In this document: positions 21,621 through 31,870 of the stretch, piece after piece
Layout: every line of letters begins with the position of its first letter
Position numbering within the stretch: position 1 is the first letter of the stretch
Virus record (IMG/VR): IMGVR_UViG_3300000756_000009
Coordinates: 17,465 to 81,464 of that record
DNA from: a virus
Lineage: Duplodnaviria; Caudoviricetes
Length of the DNA stretch: 64,000 bases
Strand: one strand, 5' to 3'
Made by a program: the position numbers and the translations under genes
Notes under the pieces: model-generated
Database searches by the model: none
The model's input: the letters and a program-made list of their open reading frames with translations, nothing else
Told to the model about the DNA's origin: nothing

Positions 21621-24600
21621 ATGGCAAAATGTCCTAACAAAAATACACCGGAATATAAAGCTTTACAAAAAGTTTATAAAAGTGAAATTGCAACAAATAA
21701 TATTATTAATAGTTGGCAAGATGCAAACAGCACAGATGTTTTTCCTACTGTGGTTGAAGCACAACAATTTGCTAAATATAATAAAGTAGCTTTTGCACTA
21801 AAACAAAAAAGCTTTGCTGAGAGTTTATTAAATAATTTAAGAGATAAAAAACTTATTCATACTGAATTTGGGTTAAGCTTAATTAATGTTACTAATCCTG
21901 ATCTTTTTTATATTGATAGAGTTTATGATAAAGCAGTTGTAGAAAGTAACCGTAATAAAATTATTGAATACTTAAAGGCAAATAATATTCCTTTGGATTC
22001 TGTTTCAATTATAGCAACTGATAAAACATATAAAATAGAAGTAAACCAAAACATGTTTACTGCAAAAGATATGTTGGAATCATCTAGATCTTGGGATACA
22101 CCAAGAGCCAAAGCTGTTGTTATGCATTTAAAAAGAATGTTTCCTCAAATACAAGTTAAAATGCTTAGTGTTGCTGATGCAGAAACTCTTTATAATTCAA
22201 TACCTCAGTGGCAAAAAAGTAAAGTTAAATTTAGAGAAATAAATTCTTTTTTTGTAGATGGTATTGCTTACTTAGTTAAAGGGAGAGTTACAAATGAAAC
22301 TGCAATTGAGGAAATGTTGCATCCATTTATTGATGCAATTAAAGTAGATAACCCAGAATTGTTTAATACTTTATTAGCAGAAGCTAAGTTAAACTTCCCA
22401 GAAATGGTTCAGTCTATTACTGAAGCTTATAATAATAATAGAAACTTTAGCCAACTAGAAAGAGATCTTGAGATAGTAACTCAAGCATTGTCTAGACATT
22501 TTAATAATGAGTATGAAAAAACTCCAACCAAAAAATTCTTAGATAAAATAAAAGAAGCACTGGACTGGTTTTTAAATGTTATTAATAATTTAAATGAATA
22601 CATGACAGGTAAACCATTATCTGTAAAAGACATTAATAACAAAACTAACTTTACTGATATTGCTAAACTTTTAAATACAGAAGGTATACGCTTTAAACTT
22701 GAGAGTAGAGCAAATGCTAAAGTAAGATATTCACTATCTCCTGAGAAACAAAAGATAGTAGACAAAGCTTTAGATAAATCTAATAGTATACAGCAAGAGA
22801 TAATTAAAAAATTATTTCATGTTGCTGTAAGTTCAAAAGAAGAGATAGATTCATTGTCTGCAAACTTAAGTGACACTGCTTCTGCAAATACAATTGTGGT
22901 TCTTAATAAAGAAGATCATACATATGTAGATATTACTAACCGTGAAATCTATAAATCTGTTACTACAGCAATTAAAGGCCAACTTGCTAATGAAGAAGAT
23001 GTACAACTTAACTTAGCAATTGGTAATGATGTAGATGCTTTATTAGATGCAATTATATCAGAGCAATCATTTGAGGAAGCATTTCCTAAAATGAAAGTTT
23101 TGAATGAAGAACTAGCTGGAAGAATGTTTGACATGTTAGAAGAACAGATTACTCAGTTAATTCCTCAAGGTGCCGTTGGTATTTCACAAGTAGTTGTATT
23201 TGATGAAGCAACAAGGCTTGCTGGTACAGCTGACTTAGTTGTTATTGATAAGAACGGTAAGATTAGAATTGTTGATTTAAAGACAAGTAAAAATTCTATT
23301 TATGATAGAACTTTTGTTGATGCTGTTAAAAACAAAATACCGGGTAGAACTCAGGGTACTAAATATGAGTTAAAAGAATATGAGTTAAAAGAGGACATGC
23401 CTGCTTTAGATGCAAAAGGAAATCCTATTTTAAATGCTGATGGCTCACCAAAAATATATCTTGGTAGTGATCTTAAAAAAATTCATGGTGTTAATAAGCT
23501 ATCAACTATAGCTCAACACAATCTTCAAGTAAACCTTTACAGACGCATGTTTGAAAACATGGGTTACACTGTGTATGAAGGTGATGGCGGTGCAATTACA
23601 TTTCACATACAAGCAGATATAACTGGTGTAGGAAAACAACAAGTATTTAATAATAACTTTAGATTAGATGGTAGAGTTGAACATCCTATATCTGAAAACT
23701 TATTGTACATCAATATGCTTGTCCCATCTGTAATGAATAATACAGAAAAGGAAAGTCTTGATAGAGCAATTGGTAATGCAGAAGATGCTATCTACCGTGG
23801 TGATAAAGATGTTGATGCAATGGAAAAAATTGCTGATACAATAGAAGCTCAACAGTATCCGGAGTATAATACTATTTTTGATGCGTTGCAAAACTATAGT
23901 GTTGCTTTAGTAGAGCAAGATAAAGCATTGGATAAACTTAAGAATAATGTTTATAGAGACAAAACTAAAGCACAAACACGTGATGATATTGCAAGTACGT
24001 TAGCATACATTGCTAGTAATATAAATACCGGGCCAATAGCAAGATCTCAAACTTATACTAATTTGTTAAGAGCTTCTTTAAATCAAATGCAAAAATTTAC
24101 TGCATATGTTGAAGATCCAGCTAATGTAAACAAACCTGAGTATATTACATATGCATTAAACTTTAATAGATTCCTAAGTACATTTGAAGCTTTGTATTCA
24201 ATTAAAGATTCAAAAGAACTTAATGCTACGCAAAGAACATTGGTTCTTCAAATGCAACTTGAACAAAATAAACTTTTAGGTGTAAATGGTAAAGAAGGTT
24301 TAATTAATGATGCTATCATAAATTATGTAAAAGAAATTATTAGAACTAGATCAAACAAAGATTTTGGTGGTAAGGGTAGTGGTTTTACAGAAGAAATGCT
24401 AGACGATCTTTTAGTTATAGCTCCAGATATTGCAATGGACGCATTAAATGTCCAAGATATGGCTACTCAAAAAGATACCATACTTGCTGTAATGGACAAA
24501 ATATATAAAAGTCAAAAACAAAAACTTTTAGATAAAATAGAAGAAAGAGAAAATGTAATTAGAAATGCAGGTGAGCAATTATTAAAACTTTCAGGAAATA

Positions 24601-27401
24601 AAGATCTTCAAAGTCTTTATGATTTTATGTTAGAATATGATAAGGATGGACAATTTACAGGGTTTTATACTCAAAAAATTGGTCAACAATATTACAACAT
24701 GCAACAGTCATTAAGAAGTGAGCTTTATGATGACAATGGTAATCCATATGAATACAGAGATGTAAGTAATCTAGATAAAGCAAAACCAGAAGATATTAAA
24801 TACAATATTGAGTTAGCTAAAAAGAAAGCTGCATTTAGTAAATTCTTTCAAGCTGAATCAACAGATGCTGATGGTAACTTTATTGATGGTGAATATCACA
24901 GATATACTGATGAGTTTATAAACGCAAGAAATAGGTATGAATTTTGGGTACCATCTAAGAATAAACAATATGGAACTTGGTATAGAAAGCCAAGAATCTC
25001 AGATAGAGATTATGCAGTGTATGAAGCTAAGTATTATAACTTTGGTACATATACTAAAGCTTTAAGAACTAATGGTGAGCCAACAGGAGCAATTGCAAAA
25101 GAACAAGTATTACGTTCTCCAAAAGTTCAATTTAGAGTAGCTAGAGAAATTTCAGGATCTGGTGAAAACATGACCAGTAAAAAGTATCAAGCAATAATGG
25201 ATCCTACTAAAACAGATGCATTAAGTATTGCTCAAAGAAACTTTTATAACATGTTCATAAAGTATTATGAAACTGAATTATTAAATAAATTACCACAAGG
25301 CATTAAAGATCAGATGTCAGGCCGTGTTCCTATTGTTAAAAATAATGTTTTAGATACATTAAAGAATCAACCAAACATTGTTTCTAAAATGTATGCTAGT
25401 ACAGTTAGATCTATTAAAAACTTTACTCAAGAAACAGCAACTCAAAAAAATGTTTTACTTGATGAGCAGGGTAATTTTGTTAATTCACTTCCTATATTCT
25501 ATACCGGTAAAGTAAGAGTTGATGAAGATCTTGCAAATGTTGAAACAGAAATAACAGCATTACAAGATAAAAAGAAAAAAGGAACAATTGGTCCTGAACA
25601 ATATAAACAAGAATTAGCATTACTTAATGGTAAAGCAGCACAACTTAGAAGTCAACCTTCATTAGGAGAACTTAATAAAGATATGACTTCTGGTTTACTC
25701 AAATTTAGTGCAATGGCTGAACATTATGAGGTAATGGGTGAAATTGAAGATACTCTTACTGCCATGGTTAAAGTTATTGAAAATAGAACTTATACACCAG
25801 CAGATCCAGCAATAATTACAGGAACAAGAATTGATAGTAAATTTAAAAAAGTAGGAACAATAAAAGGTTCTGATTCTAATGCTTTAAGAAGAGCAAAGAA
25901 ATACATGTCAATGATTTACTATGACAATGAACTTGCAACAAAAGGTATGATTGATAAAATTGCTGATGAACTTATTGGTCTATCTTCATTATCTTATGTA
26001 GCGTTTAACCCATTTGGTAACCTAAATAACTATGTTATGGGTAGAATTAACAATGGTATTGAAATGTTAGGTAGCAGATACTTTAGTAAACAAGACTATG
26101 CTAGAGCATCTAAAGAATATAATGTTCAAGGTATCCCTGGATTATTATCTAGAACAAGCACCGCCTTAACTGATCTTGCTGATATTGCAACATTGGGAAA
26201 AACAGGATTAAAAAAATCTACTTATGATGCAGATAAAGCTAATAGTAAATATGAAGCATTTGTAGACATGTTTAGAATGATGGATAAAGCTACAGATATC
26301 CGTGAAAATAATTCTGAATTAGATAGCAAATCTATTTGGTCTAGATTTAAAGAATGGGGTTATGTAATACAAGATGCTGCGGAATATAATGTACAAACTA
26401 AAGTTGGAATGGCTATACTTATGGGTGTTACAGTTAAAAATAGTACAACAGGTGAAACACTATCTCTTTATGATGCATTTCAATACAATTCAGAAACACA
26501 TAAAAATGAATTAATGTCTGGTTATGATACTATTGTAAATAAAAATGGTAGTGAACAACCATATACTGATCAGTTTAGATATGATTTAAGAAATGAAATT
26601 AGAGAAGTGAATAAACAAATTCATGGTAACTATGCTAAAGAAGATAGAATGGTTATTCAAGGTCATACTATTGGTAACTTAGCAACACAATTTCACAAGT
26701 GGATTGCACCCGCAATTAGATCTAGATTTAGAAGAGAATACTTTGATGAAAATTTAGGATGGATTGAAGGTAGATATAGATCCTTTTTTAAATTCTTAAA
26801 TCATGCTAAAGGTGAAATGGTTAGGGGTAATTTTAACATAAATCCTGCCAAGTACAATGAAAGTTTTAAAGAGGCATACGGCTTTACAGGTGATGGTGGT
26901 AATATAGATCAAAGAGCTGAAGATAAACTTAGAGGTTTTTATAGAACAACGGGTGAGCTAGGTATTATGTTAAGTGTTGTTGTATTAAATTCATTATTAT
27001 CCGGTGTGCTTTCTAATGATGATGATGATGATGAATTAACTAAAAGACTTAAAAATCTTGTAAGACTTCAGGGAGATAGAACATATAAAGAAATGGTATT
27101 GTTTACAATTGCACTTCCAGAGAGTCAACAACAACTATATTCAATGATGAAATCTCCAATTGCAACTACAAGAACTTTAGGTGAATTAGGTGAAGCTTTA
27201 GAATTAACTTATATGACACCATTAGCTTATATATATGAAAGTAAAGATGAATTTTATGCTGACAAAGATTTTGTATATCAAAACAAACCCAACAAGGGTC
27301 AATTAAAATTGTACAAAAACTGGGCAGATGTTATTCCTATTTTGTACTCAATACAGAAGTGGGATAATATGATTAAAGCACAAGACTTCTATATCAAGTA
27401 A
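21621..27401 (+). CDS. Giant virion cargo protein with a degenerate zincin motif and a PD-(D/E)xK nuclease domain
   Basis: 1926 aa. EEMLHPF at ~22308 and GTADLVVIDKNGKIRIVDLKTSK at ~23223-23290. Long helical C-terminal half. Follows the vRNAP gene. Confidence 0.7.
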   Translation: MAKCPNKNTPEYKALQKVYKSEIATNNIINSWQDANSTDVFPTVVEAQQFAKYNKVAFALKQKSFAESLLNNLRDKKLIHTEFGLSLINVTNPDLFYIDRVYDKAVVESNRNKIIEYLKANNIPLDSVSIIATDKTYKIEVNQNMFTAKDMLESSRSWDTPRAKAVVMHLKRMFPQIQVKMLSVADAETLYNSIPQWQKSKVKFREINSFFVDGIAYLVKGRVTNETAIEEMLHPFIDAIKVDNPELFNTLLAEAKLNFPEMVQSITEAYNNNRNFSQLERDLEIVTQALSRHFNNEYEKTPTKKFLDKIKEALDWFLNVINNLNEYMTGKPLSVKDINNKTNFTDIAKLLNTEGIRFKLESRANAKVRYSLSPEKQKIVDKALDKSNSIQQEIIKKLFHVAVSSKEEIDSLSANLSDTASANTIVVLNKEDHTYVDITNREIYKSVTTAIKGQLANEEDVQLNLAIGNDVDALLDAIISEQSFEEAFPKMKVLNEELAGRMFDMLEEQITQLIPQGAVGISQVVVFDEATRLAGTADLVVIDKNGKIRIVDLKTSKNSIYDRTFVDAVKNKIPGRTQGTKYELKEYELKEDMPALDAKGNPILNADGSPKIYLGSDLKKIHGVNKLSTIAQHNLQVNLYRRMFENMGYTVYEGDGGAITFHIQADITGVGKQQVFNNNFRLDGRVEHPISENLLYINMLVPSVMNNTEKESLDRAIGNAEDAIYRGDKDVDAMEKIADTIEAQQYPEYNTIFDALQNYSVALVEQDKALDKLKNNVYRDKTKAQTRDDIASTLAYIASNINTGPIARSQTYTNLLRASLNQMQKFTAYVEDPANVNKPEYITYALNFNRFLSTFEALYSIKDSKELNATQRTLVLQMQLEQNKLLGVNGKEGLINDAIINYVKEIIRTRSNKDFGGKGSGFTEEMLDDLLVIAPDIAMDALNVQDMATQKDTILAVMDKIYKSQKQKLLDKIEERENVIRNAGEQLLKLSGNKDLQSLYDFMLEYDKDGQFTGFYTQKIGQQYYNMQQSLRSELYDDNGNPYEYRDVSNLDKAKPEDIKYNIELAKKKAAFSKFFQAESTDADGNFIDGEYHRYTDEFINARNRYEFWVPSKNKQYGTWYRKPRISDRDYAVYEAKYYNFGTYTKALRTNGEPTGAIAKEQVLRSPKVQFRVAREISGSGENMTSKKYQAIMDPTKTDALSIAQRNFYNMFIKYYETELLNKLPQGIKDQMSGRVPIVKNNVLDTLKNQPNIVSKMYASTVRSIKNFTQETATQKNVLLDEQGNFVNSLPIFYTGKVRVDEDLANVETEITALQDKKKKGTIGPEQYKQELALLNGKAAQLRSQPSLGELNKDMTSGLLKFSAMAEHYEVMGEIEDTLTAMVKVIENRTYTPADPAIITGTRIDSKFKKVGTIKGSDSNALRRAKKYMSMIYYDNELATKGMIDKIADELIGLSSLSYVAFNPFGNLNNYVMGRINNGIEMLGSRYFSKQDYARASKEYNVQGIPGLLSRTSTALTDLADIATLGKTGLKKSTYDADKANSKYEAFVDMFRMMDKATDIRENNSELDSKSIWSRFKEWGYVIQDAAEYNVQTKVGMAILMGVTVKNSTTGETLSLYDAFQYNSETHKNELMSGYDTIVNKNGSEQPYTDQFRYDLRNEIREVNKQIHGNYAKEDRMVIQGHTIGNLATQFHKWIAPAIRSRFRREYFDENLGWIEGRYRSFFKFLNHAKGEMVRGNFNINPAKYNESFKEAYGFTGDGGNIDQRAEDKLRGFYRTTGELGIMLSVVVLNSLLSGVLSNDDDDDELTKRLKNLVRLQGDRTYKEMVLFTIALPESQQQLYSMMKSPIATTRTLGELGEALELTYMTPLAYIYESKDEFYADKDFVYQNKPNKGQLKLYKNWADVIPILYSIQKWDNMIKAQDFYIK

Positions 27402-27403
27402 TT

Positions 27404-27508
27404 ATATGCAATTGCATATTGCAATACGCAATAAGGCTAATGTATATGCAAAAACATATAATGTGTAATAAAACCATCATTAAACCCTAAAATGGGACTT
27501 AATGATGG
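27404..27508. terminator. Palindrome plus long hairpin between convergent transcription units
   Basis: Perfect 16-bp palindrome ATATGCAATTGCATAT (27404-27419). Inverted repeat CCATCATTAA (27474-27483) / TTAATGATGG (27499-27508) with an inner CCC/GGG stem. Confidence 0.55.
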
Positions 27509-27543
27509 CTTTATCATACATTAAATAAACCTATAGGTTGATT

Positions 27544-29169
27544 TTATCCTTCACAACTTGCACAATCCAAAATGTTTCTAGCAAATTCTTGAGCTGAACT
27601 TTGACTAAATTGATAGTACAAAGTTTTAACTCCTTGTTCATGCGCATACAGATACAGTTGATTAATATCTTTAGCTGGAACAGACGGATGAATCATTAAG
27701 TTAAGTGACTGTGACTGATCAATAAACTTTTGTCTTTGAGCCGCCTGCAAGATTAACTCTTTAGGGGTGATCTCAATGAATGACTTGAATACTGTTTTTG
27801 TAGGAAAATCTAAGTGTTGAACTGAGCCATCCTTTTTCAAGATGCTTTTCCATACTTCCGGGGTATTCATACCATACTTATCCAACTCACACTCTAGGAA
27901 AGGATTCTTATAGATAGTCTTAGACTTGGCCAGATCTTTAATAAAGTAATTAGATTTGATTGGTTCAATCCCCATACTCACTTGTCCTAAGATGAATGAG
28001 CTTGATTTAGTAGGAGCAATTGCAATCAATGTTGAATTGGCATAACCTTTTCTAATTGACTCAACACCCTTAGAATCATGCAACCATTTAGAGGCCGCCT
28101 CACTTTTATCTTTAAGTGTTTTAAAGATCTGAGAGTTTAACATTTTAGCTTCCAATGAATCAAAATCAATCAATTTAGATTGAAACAGTGAATGGTATCC
28201 TAAAACACCCAAACCAATTGCTCTGTGTTGACTTGCAAATCTATATGCTCTTTTCATACCGGGCATTACAGCAGCCTTCTTAATAAACTCATCCATTACA
28301 GCATTTAAGAATAATGTGTAAGTTTCAATAGCGTCTGTGTTTTTCATCTCTTCCCAGTGCAACAGGTTGATAGATCCTAAGCAACAAACAAATGAGTTGA
28401 ATGAATCCGTTGGTAACTGAATCTCAGAACATAAATTGCTAGCAGTAATTTCAAGGCCCAATTCTTTATAAGGAGTATTGTTATTTGAATTGTCCTTGAA
28501 CATAATGTATGGAAAACCAAACTCATTACGTCTTTGAATTACCTTGGCCCATATTTTACGTTTGTCCCCATCACCAGCTTTCATTTCTTCTAGCCACTTG
28601 TCAGTTACTGTAACACCATATTGTAGATTTTGTATTGGGTTTCCCTCAGTACCAATATCTAAGAACTCTAAGGCATCTAAATGCTCTAATGGTAACCATA
28701 CAGCACATGCTCCTCTTCTTGCTTCAGATTGCTTGCATACGTCTACAGTGGTATCATAAAGTTTAGCATAGTGTATTGGTCCATCTGCATGGCCCCCGGT
28801 TGAAATAACAGCACCTCTTGGTCTGATATTACCTAAGTAAACACTTGTCCCTCCGCCATACTTTGACATCAAACCAATCTCACGGCCACCATTTAGGATA
28901 CTATCTAATGAATCATCTACATTAGAACCATAACAACTAATAGGTAAACCTTTTTGTTTACCAAAGTTAATCCACACAGGGGTAGATAAACTATAAAACC
29001 CTTTGGCCATGTACTCCTCAAACTTTTGAGCAAAACCATCAATCTTTAAATACTTTTCAGCAATTGTTGAAATGTCTTTAATTCTCTGTTCAGGTGTTTC
29101 TGTTATATAACCTCTTGATAAAAAGGTGCGGCTATCTTCATTAAGCCAATAATATTTTTTATACTCCAT
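27544..29169 (-). CDS. nrdA: Ribonucleotide reductase class Ia alpha subunit (short, no ATP cone)
   Basis: ISCYG, ASNLCSEI, CCLGS, LYY and C-terminal CASCEG motifs. Probable start MEYKKYYW at 29169 rather than the 29193 given in the track. Confidence 0.95.
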   Translation of the reverse strand: MEYKKYYWLNEDSRTFLSRGYITETPEQRIKDISTIAEKYLKIDGFAQKFEEYMAKGFYSLSTPVWINFGKQKGLPISCYGSNVDDSLDSILNGGREIGLMSKYGGGTSVYLGNIRPRGAVISTGGHADGPIHYAKLYDTTVDVCKQSEARRGACAVWLPLEHLDALEFLDIGTEGNPIQNLQYGVTVTDKWLEEMKAGDGDKRKIWAKVIQRRNEFGFPYIMFKDNSNNNTPYKELGLEITASNLCSEIQLPTDSFNSFVCCLGSINLLHWEEMKNTDAIETYTLFLNAVMDEFIKKAAVMPGMKRAYRFASQHRAIGLGVLGYHSLFQSKLIDFDSLEAKMLNSQIFKTLKDKSEAASKWLHDSKGVESIRKGYANSTLIAIAPTKSSSFILGQVSMGIEPIKSNYFIKDLAKSKTIYKNPFLECELDKYGMNTPEVWKSILKKDGSVQHLDFPTKTVFKSFIEITPKELILQAAQRQKFIDQSQSLNLMIHPSVPAKDINQLYLYAHEQGVKTLYYQFSQSSAQEFARNILDCASCEG

Positions 29170-29179
29170 GTGTTTGTTA

Positions 29180-30160
29180 TTAAAATAAATCATCTTCTGT
29201 TATACTCTTTCCTTTTTTGTTGTAATCAATTGATTTTTTATAGAAGAAATCACCCTCTTTTGTTGAAAGAATTTCAATGTTAAACCACTGAGTTTTTTCA
29301 AGTAGTTCATTATCAACATCAAACAAGGCTTTCATACCTATGTTTTGTAGTGAATTATTGAATCTGTCTTTGATAAAGTGTTGAATTGTTTCTTTAGATA
29401 GAAAAGATAACTCTCCTTTTTCAAAGATCCAGTCTAGTATTTTGCACTCAGCTTCATAAGCTTTCTGACATGCAGAATCTATAAGTTCCTCAAACTCAGC
29501 GTCAAACCATTCAGGATTTTCTTTTTTAATGATGTTTATCAGTTCAGCTCCAAAGTTTCCGTGGATTTCTTCTTCTTTACTTGTTGCCTCAACCACATTT
29601 GAAATACCTTTAAATAGGTTTTTCTCTTTGTTAAAAGACATCATGATTAAGAATTGGCTAAACAAACTGACATGCTCAATAAACAATGAAAATAAAAGTA
29701 CTGATTTAGTGTACATTTTATTGTCTTTGCTTCTGGTACCATCTAGGTATTTGGTAAGATATGCTATCCTGTCTTTAATAGCCGGGATTTCTACTACATG
29801 TTGGAACTCTTTTTCAAGGCCCAAGATTCTAAGTAGTTGTGCATAAGCATCTTTGTGTCTTACTTCTGATTCAGCAAACGTCATACCTACATCACCAATT
29901 TCAGTGATTGGCATTCTTTTGTAAAGGTCTGCCCAAAAGGTTTTGACATTAACCTCAATTTGAGCAATTGCTAGCATAGATCTTTTGATTACTTCTCTTT
30001 CTTTAGAGTCAATTGTGATCTTAAAGTCTTGGATATCTTCAGTAAAATTAAACTCAGTGTGTATCCAATATGAGTGTCTAATTGCATCTTTATATGCTAA
30101 TAACTGGGGGTATTCATACGGCAATATGTTTACCCGTGGTAAAAAAATGTTTTTGTTCAT
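29180..30160 (-). CDS. nrdB: Ribonucleotide reductase class Ia beta subunit
   Basis: Ferritin-like di-metal motifs ESEVRH and EEEIH, C-terminal DFF...Y tail, adjacent to nrdA. Confidence 0.95.
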   Translation of the reverse strand: MNKNIFLPRVNILPYEYPQLLAYKDAIRHSYWIHTEFNFTEDIQDFKITIDSKEREVIKRSMLAIAQIEVNVKTFWADLYKRMPITEIGDVGMTFAESEVRHKDAYAQLLRILGLEKEFQHVVEIPAIKDRIAYLTKYLDGTRSKDNKMYTKSVLLFSLFIEHVSLFSQFLIMMSFNKEKNLFKGISNVVEATSKEEEIHGNFGAELINIIKKENPEWFDAEFEELIDSACQKAYEAECKILDWIFEKGELSFLSKETIQHFIKDRFNNSLQNIGMKALFDVDNELLEKTQWFNIEILSTKEGDFFYKKSIDYNKKGKSITEDDLF

Positions 30161-30237
30161 AAAATTGTATTTTTGAGTTTTAAAGTTCTAAAAAAGAACT
30201 TGGTGGTATATATAATTTACTAAAAATAAAAGACTTT

Positions 30238-30432
30238 TTAGTTACTGGGATGCATGTTTGCATAACTAATTGTAAAAAAAATGAAGCCCACTTCTATTCC
30301 TGTGACTTGACGGTATCTTTCATCCTCACACAATACCTCACAGTTAATAAGTTTGAGTCCAAGTATTGGCTCTGTTGGTAGAAACTCTACGTTAAATCTG
30401 TTTTTAAAGATTAATGGGTTGACTTTATTCAT
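30238..30432 (-). CDS. Hypothetical protein
   Basis: 64-aa ORF filling the gap upstream of nrdB, with an A-rich start context. Confidence 0.55.
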   Translation of the reverse strand: MNKVNPLIFKNRFNVEFLPTEPILGLKLINCEVLCEDERYRQVTGIEVGFIFFTISYANMHPSN

Positions 30433-30472
30433 AATGATTTTTTGGTTTAAAAAGTTAATTTGTAAAATTATT

Positions 30473-30484
30473 TTTGTATATTAT
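30473..30484 (+). promoter_or_regulatory. Candidate phage late promoter motif TTTGTATATTAT
   Basis: Exact 12-mer repeated at 31259-31270. Both copies are intergenic and upstream of + strand genes. Confidence 0.5.
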
Positions 30485-30536
30485 AAGGGTATAGCCAATG
30501 AAATAACCTGGCAAATATAAGATATATATATTTATA

Positions 30537-30923
30537 ATGAAAAGTAGGATACTTAATATTTTCAGTTATTATGATACTGAACCAATGGAAATACTTATTG
30601 GTATAATTTGGCTTATCATACTACCAATTATATGGTGCTTTGAGTTCTCTTGTAACTTATTTATCATAATCCCAAGTATCTTATTGGGTTTATCTATGAT
30701 TAAAGCAACTTGTTCTCATCCAGTCAAAGTAAGAAAAACTTTAGCTTATGGATCATTCATCTTTTCAATCTTTGTAATCTTAGCATTTGTATTTAAAGGA
30801 GCAATGTTTAATCCTACACATTGGTTGTGGTTTTTACCATCAGTTATATCTTTTTTAAATTTAGTAGCAATGACATCAAAATATTATAGAACACAAAAAC
30901 AATGCAGCAATGACATCATATGA
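30537..30923 (+). CDS. Multi-pass membrane protein (holin/antiholin-like)
   Basis: 128 aa with about four hydrophobic segments. Confidence 0.55.
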   Translation: MKSRILNIFSYYDTEPMEILIGIIWLIILPIIWCFEFSCNLFIIIPSILLGLSMIKATCSHPVKVRKTLAYGSFIFSIFVILAFVFKGAMFNPTHWLWFLPSVISFLNLVAMTSKYYRTQKQCSNDII

Positions 30924-31224
30924 TAATGTAACAACCGTATTAGTCACAATGATGACTGTTCTATTCTCCGCAGGAGCATGGAAATTTTATGAAAGAAGAA
31001 TAAAGTTAAAAACTGACTTAGAACGAGAAGATAGAACTGATCACAATATGTATAGAGATGATTTAAGAGATAGAGTCAAAAGACTTGAGCAATTATTAAC
31101 AGATAGTGCTATTGAAAAAGATTTGATGAGAGATCAGATCCTTTCACTTACAAAAGAAGTAAGTACGCTACACGTTAAAGTTGAGTATTTAGAAAAAGAA
31201 AATCAAAGACTTAAGAATATATAG
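30910..31224 (+). CDS. Membrane-anchored coiled-coil protein (holin-like)
   Basis: One N-terminal TM segment followed by a heptad-rich charged region. Overlaps the previous gene. Confidence 0.55.
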   Translation: MTSYDNVTTVLVTMMTVLFSAGAWKFYERRIKLKTDLEREDRTDHNMYRDDLRDRVKRLEQLLTDSAIEKDLMRDQILSLTKEVSTLHVKVEYLEKENQRLKNI

Positions 31225-31258
31225 ACTAATATCATTTATTTGCTTATATAGATAAGAA

Positions 31259-31270
31259 TTTGTATATTAT
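31259..31270 (+). promoter_or_regulatory. Candidate phage late promoter motif TTTGTATATTAT
   Basis: Second exact copy of the 12-mer, 31 nt upstream of the ATG at 31302. Confidence 0.5.
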
Positions 31271-31301
31271 GTATAGGTAATGTTAACTAAAATAATAAAT
31301 T

Positions 31302-31538
31302 ATGTTTAAAGAAGTATTATATGCAATATGGACTTTTTCACTAGAAAAAGGATATAATTGGGTTTTATCTAAGACAACAATTGATGAAAAAGCAATTGAG
31401 GCAATTGATGAAATTAAAGTAAGAAGTGTGTTGGTTAAAAAAGAACTTAAAGATGTTGTTGATGCAGTTAAAGGTGTACCAACCAAACCAAAAAAAAAAT
31501 ATTACAGACCCAAAACCAAAACAGAAACCAAAAAATAA
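31302..31538 (+). CDS. Small protein with a basic C-terminal tail
   Basis: 78 aa ending KPKKKYYRPKTKTETKK. Confidence 0.65.
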   Translation: MFKEVLYAIWTFSLEKGYNWVLSKTTIDEKAIEAIDEIKVRSVLVKKELKDVVDAVKGVPTKPKKKYYRPKTKTETKK

Positions 31539-31540
31539 TT

Positions 31541-31870
31541 ATGGTTAATTTATATAAACTATATAGATTTTTTAGACAACAGTGGCTGGGTGGTATATTA
31601 ATTATAGTTTGGTTTATTTCTGTATTTATATATCAAATTAAAAAAAAAGAGTTAGTTGAAAAAGCATATGTTTTAGAGGCTAAAGTTAAAGAATTAGAAA
31701 AAAAAGCAAATGCTGAATTAAAAAGTGTAGATAGTTTTAAAACTATTGATACACTTATAGTAACTAGAATTAAAATAATCAAACAAAAAGAATATGAAAA
31801 AATACGCATTATTGATTCCCTTCCTGTTAGTGGGCTTCAAAGCTATTTCACAGAACGTTACCCAAAGTAA
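31541..31870 (+). CDS. Putative i-spanin-like inner-membrane protein
   Basis: N-terminal TM helix followed by a coiled coil. The 3' end overlaps the next gene by 77 nt. Confidence 0.5.
   Translation: MVNLYKLYRFFRQQWLGGILIIVWFISVFIYQIKKKELVEKAYVLEAKVKELEKKANAELKSVDSFKTIDTLIVTRIKIIKQKEYEKIRIIDSLPVSGLQSYFTERYPK

Noticed and set aside
27018-27032. (GAT)5 microsatellite
   Set aside because: It encodes an in-frame poly-Asp linker and is not a phase-variation tract.
162-27401. Many 60-170-aa ORFs antisense or out of frame inside the giant cargo genes (e.g. 8558..9061, 17423..17827)
   Set aside because: They are fully nested in long, codon-biased genes, have the hydrophobic or S/L-rich composition typical of shadow frames, and show no motifs.
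30190-30225. NrdR box upstream of nrdB
   Set aside because: GGTGGTATATATAATT matches the acaCwAtATaTwGtgt consensus poorly. The nearby AAGTTCT/AGAACTT hairpin is short.
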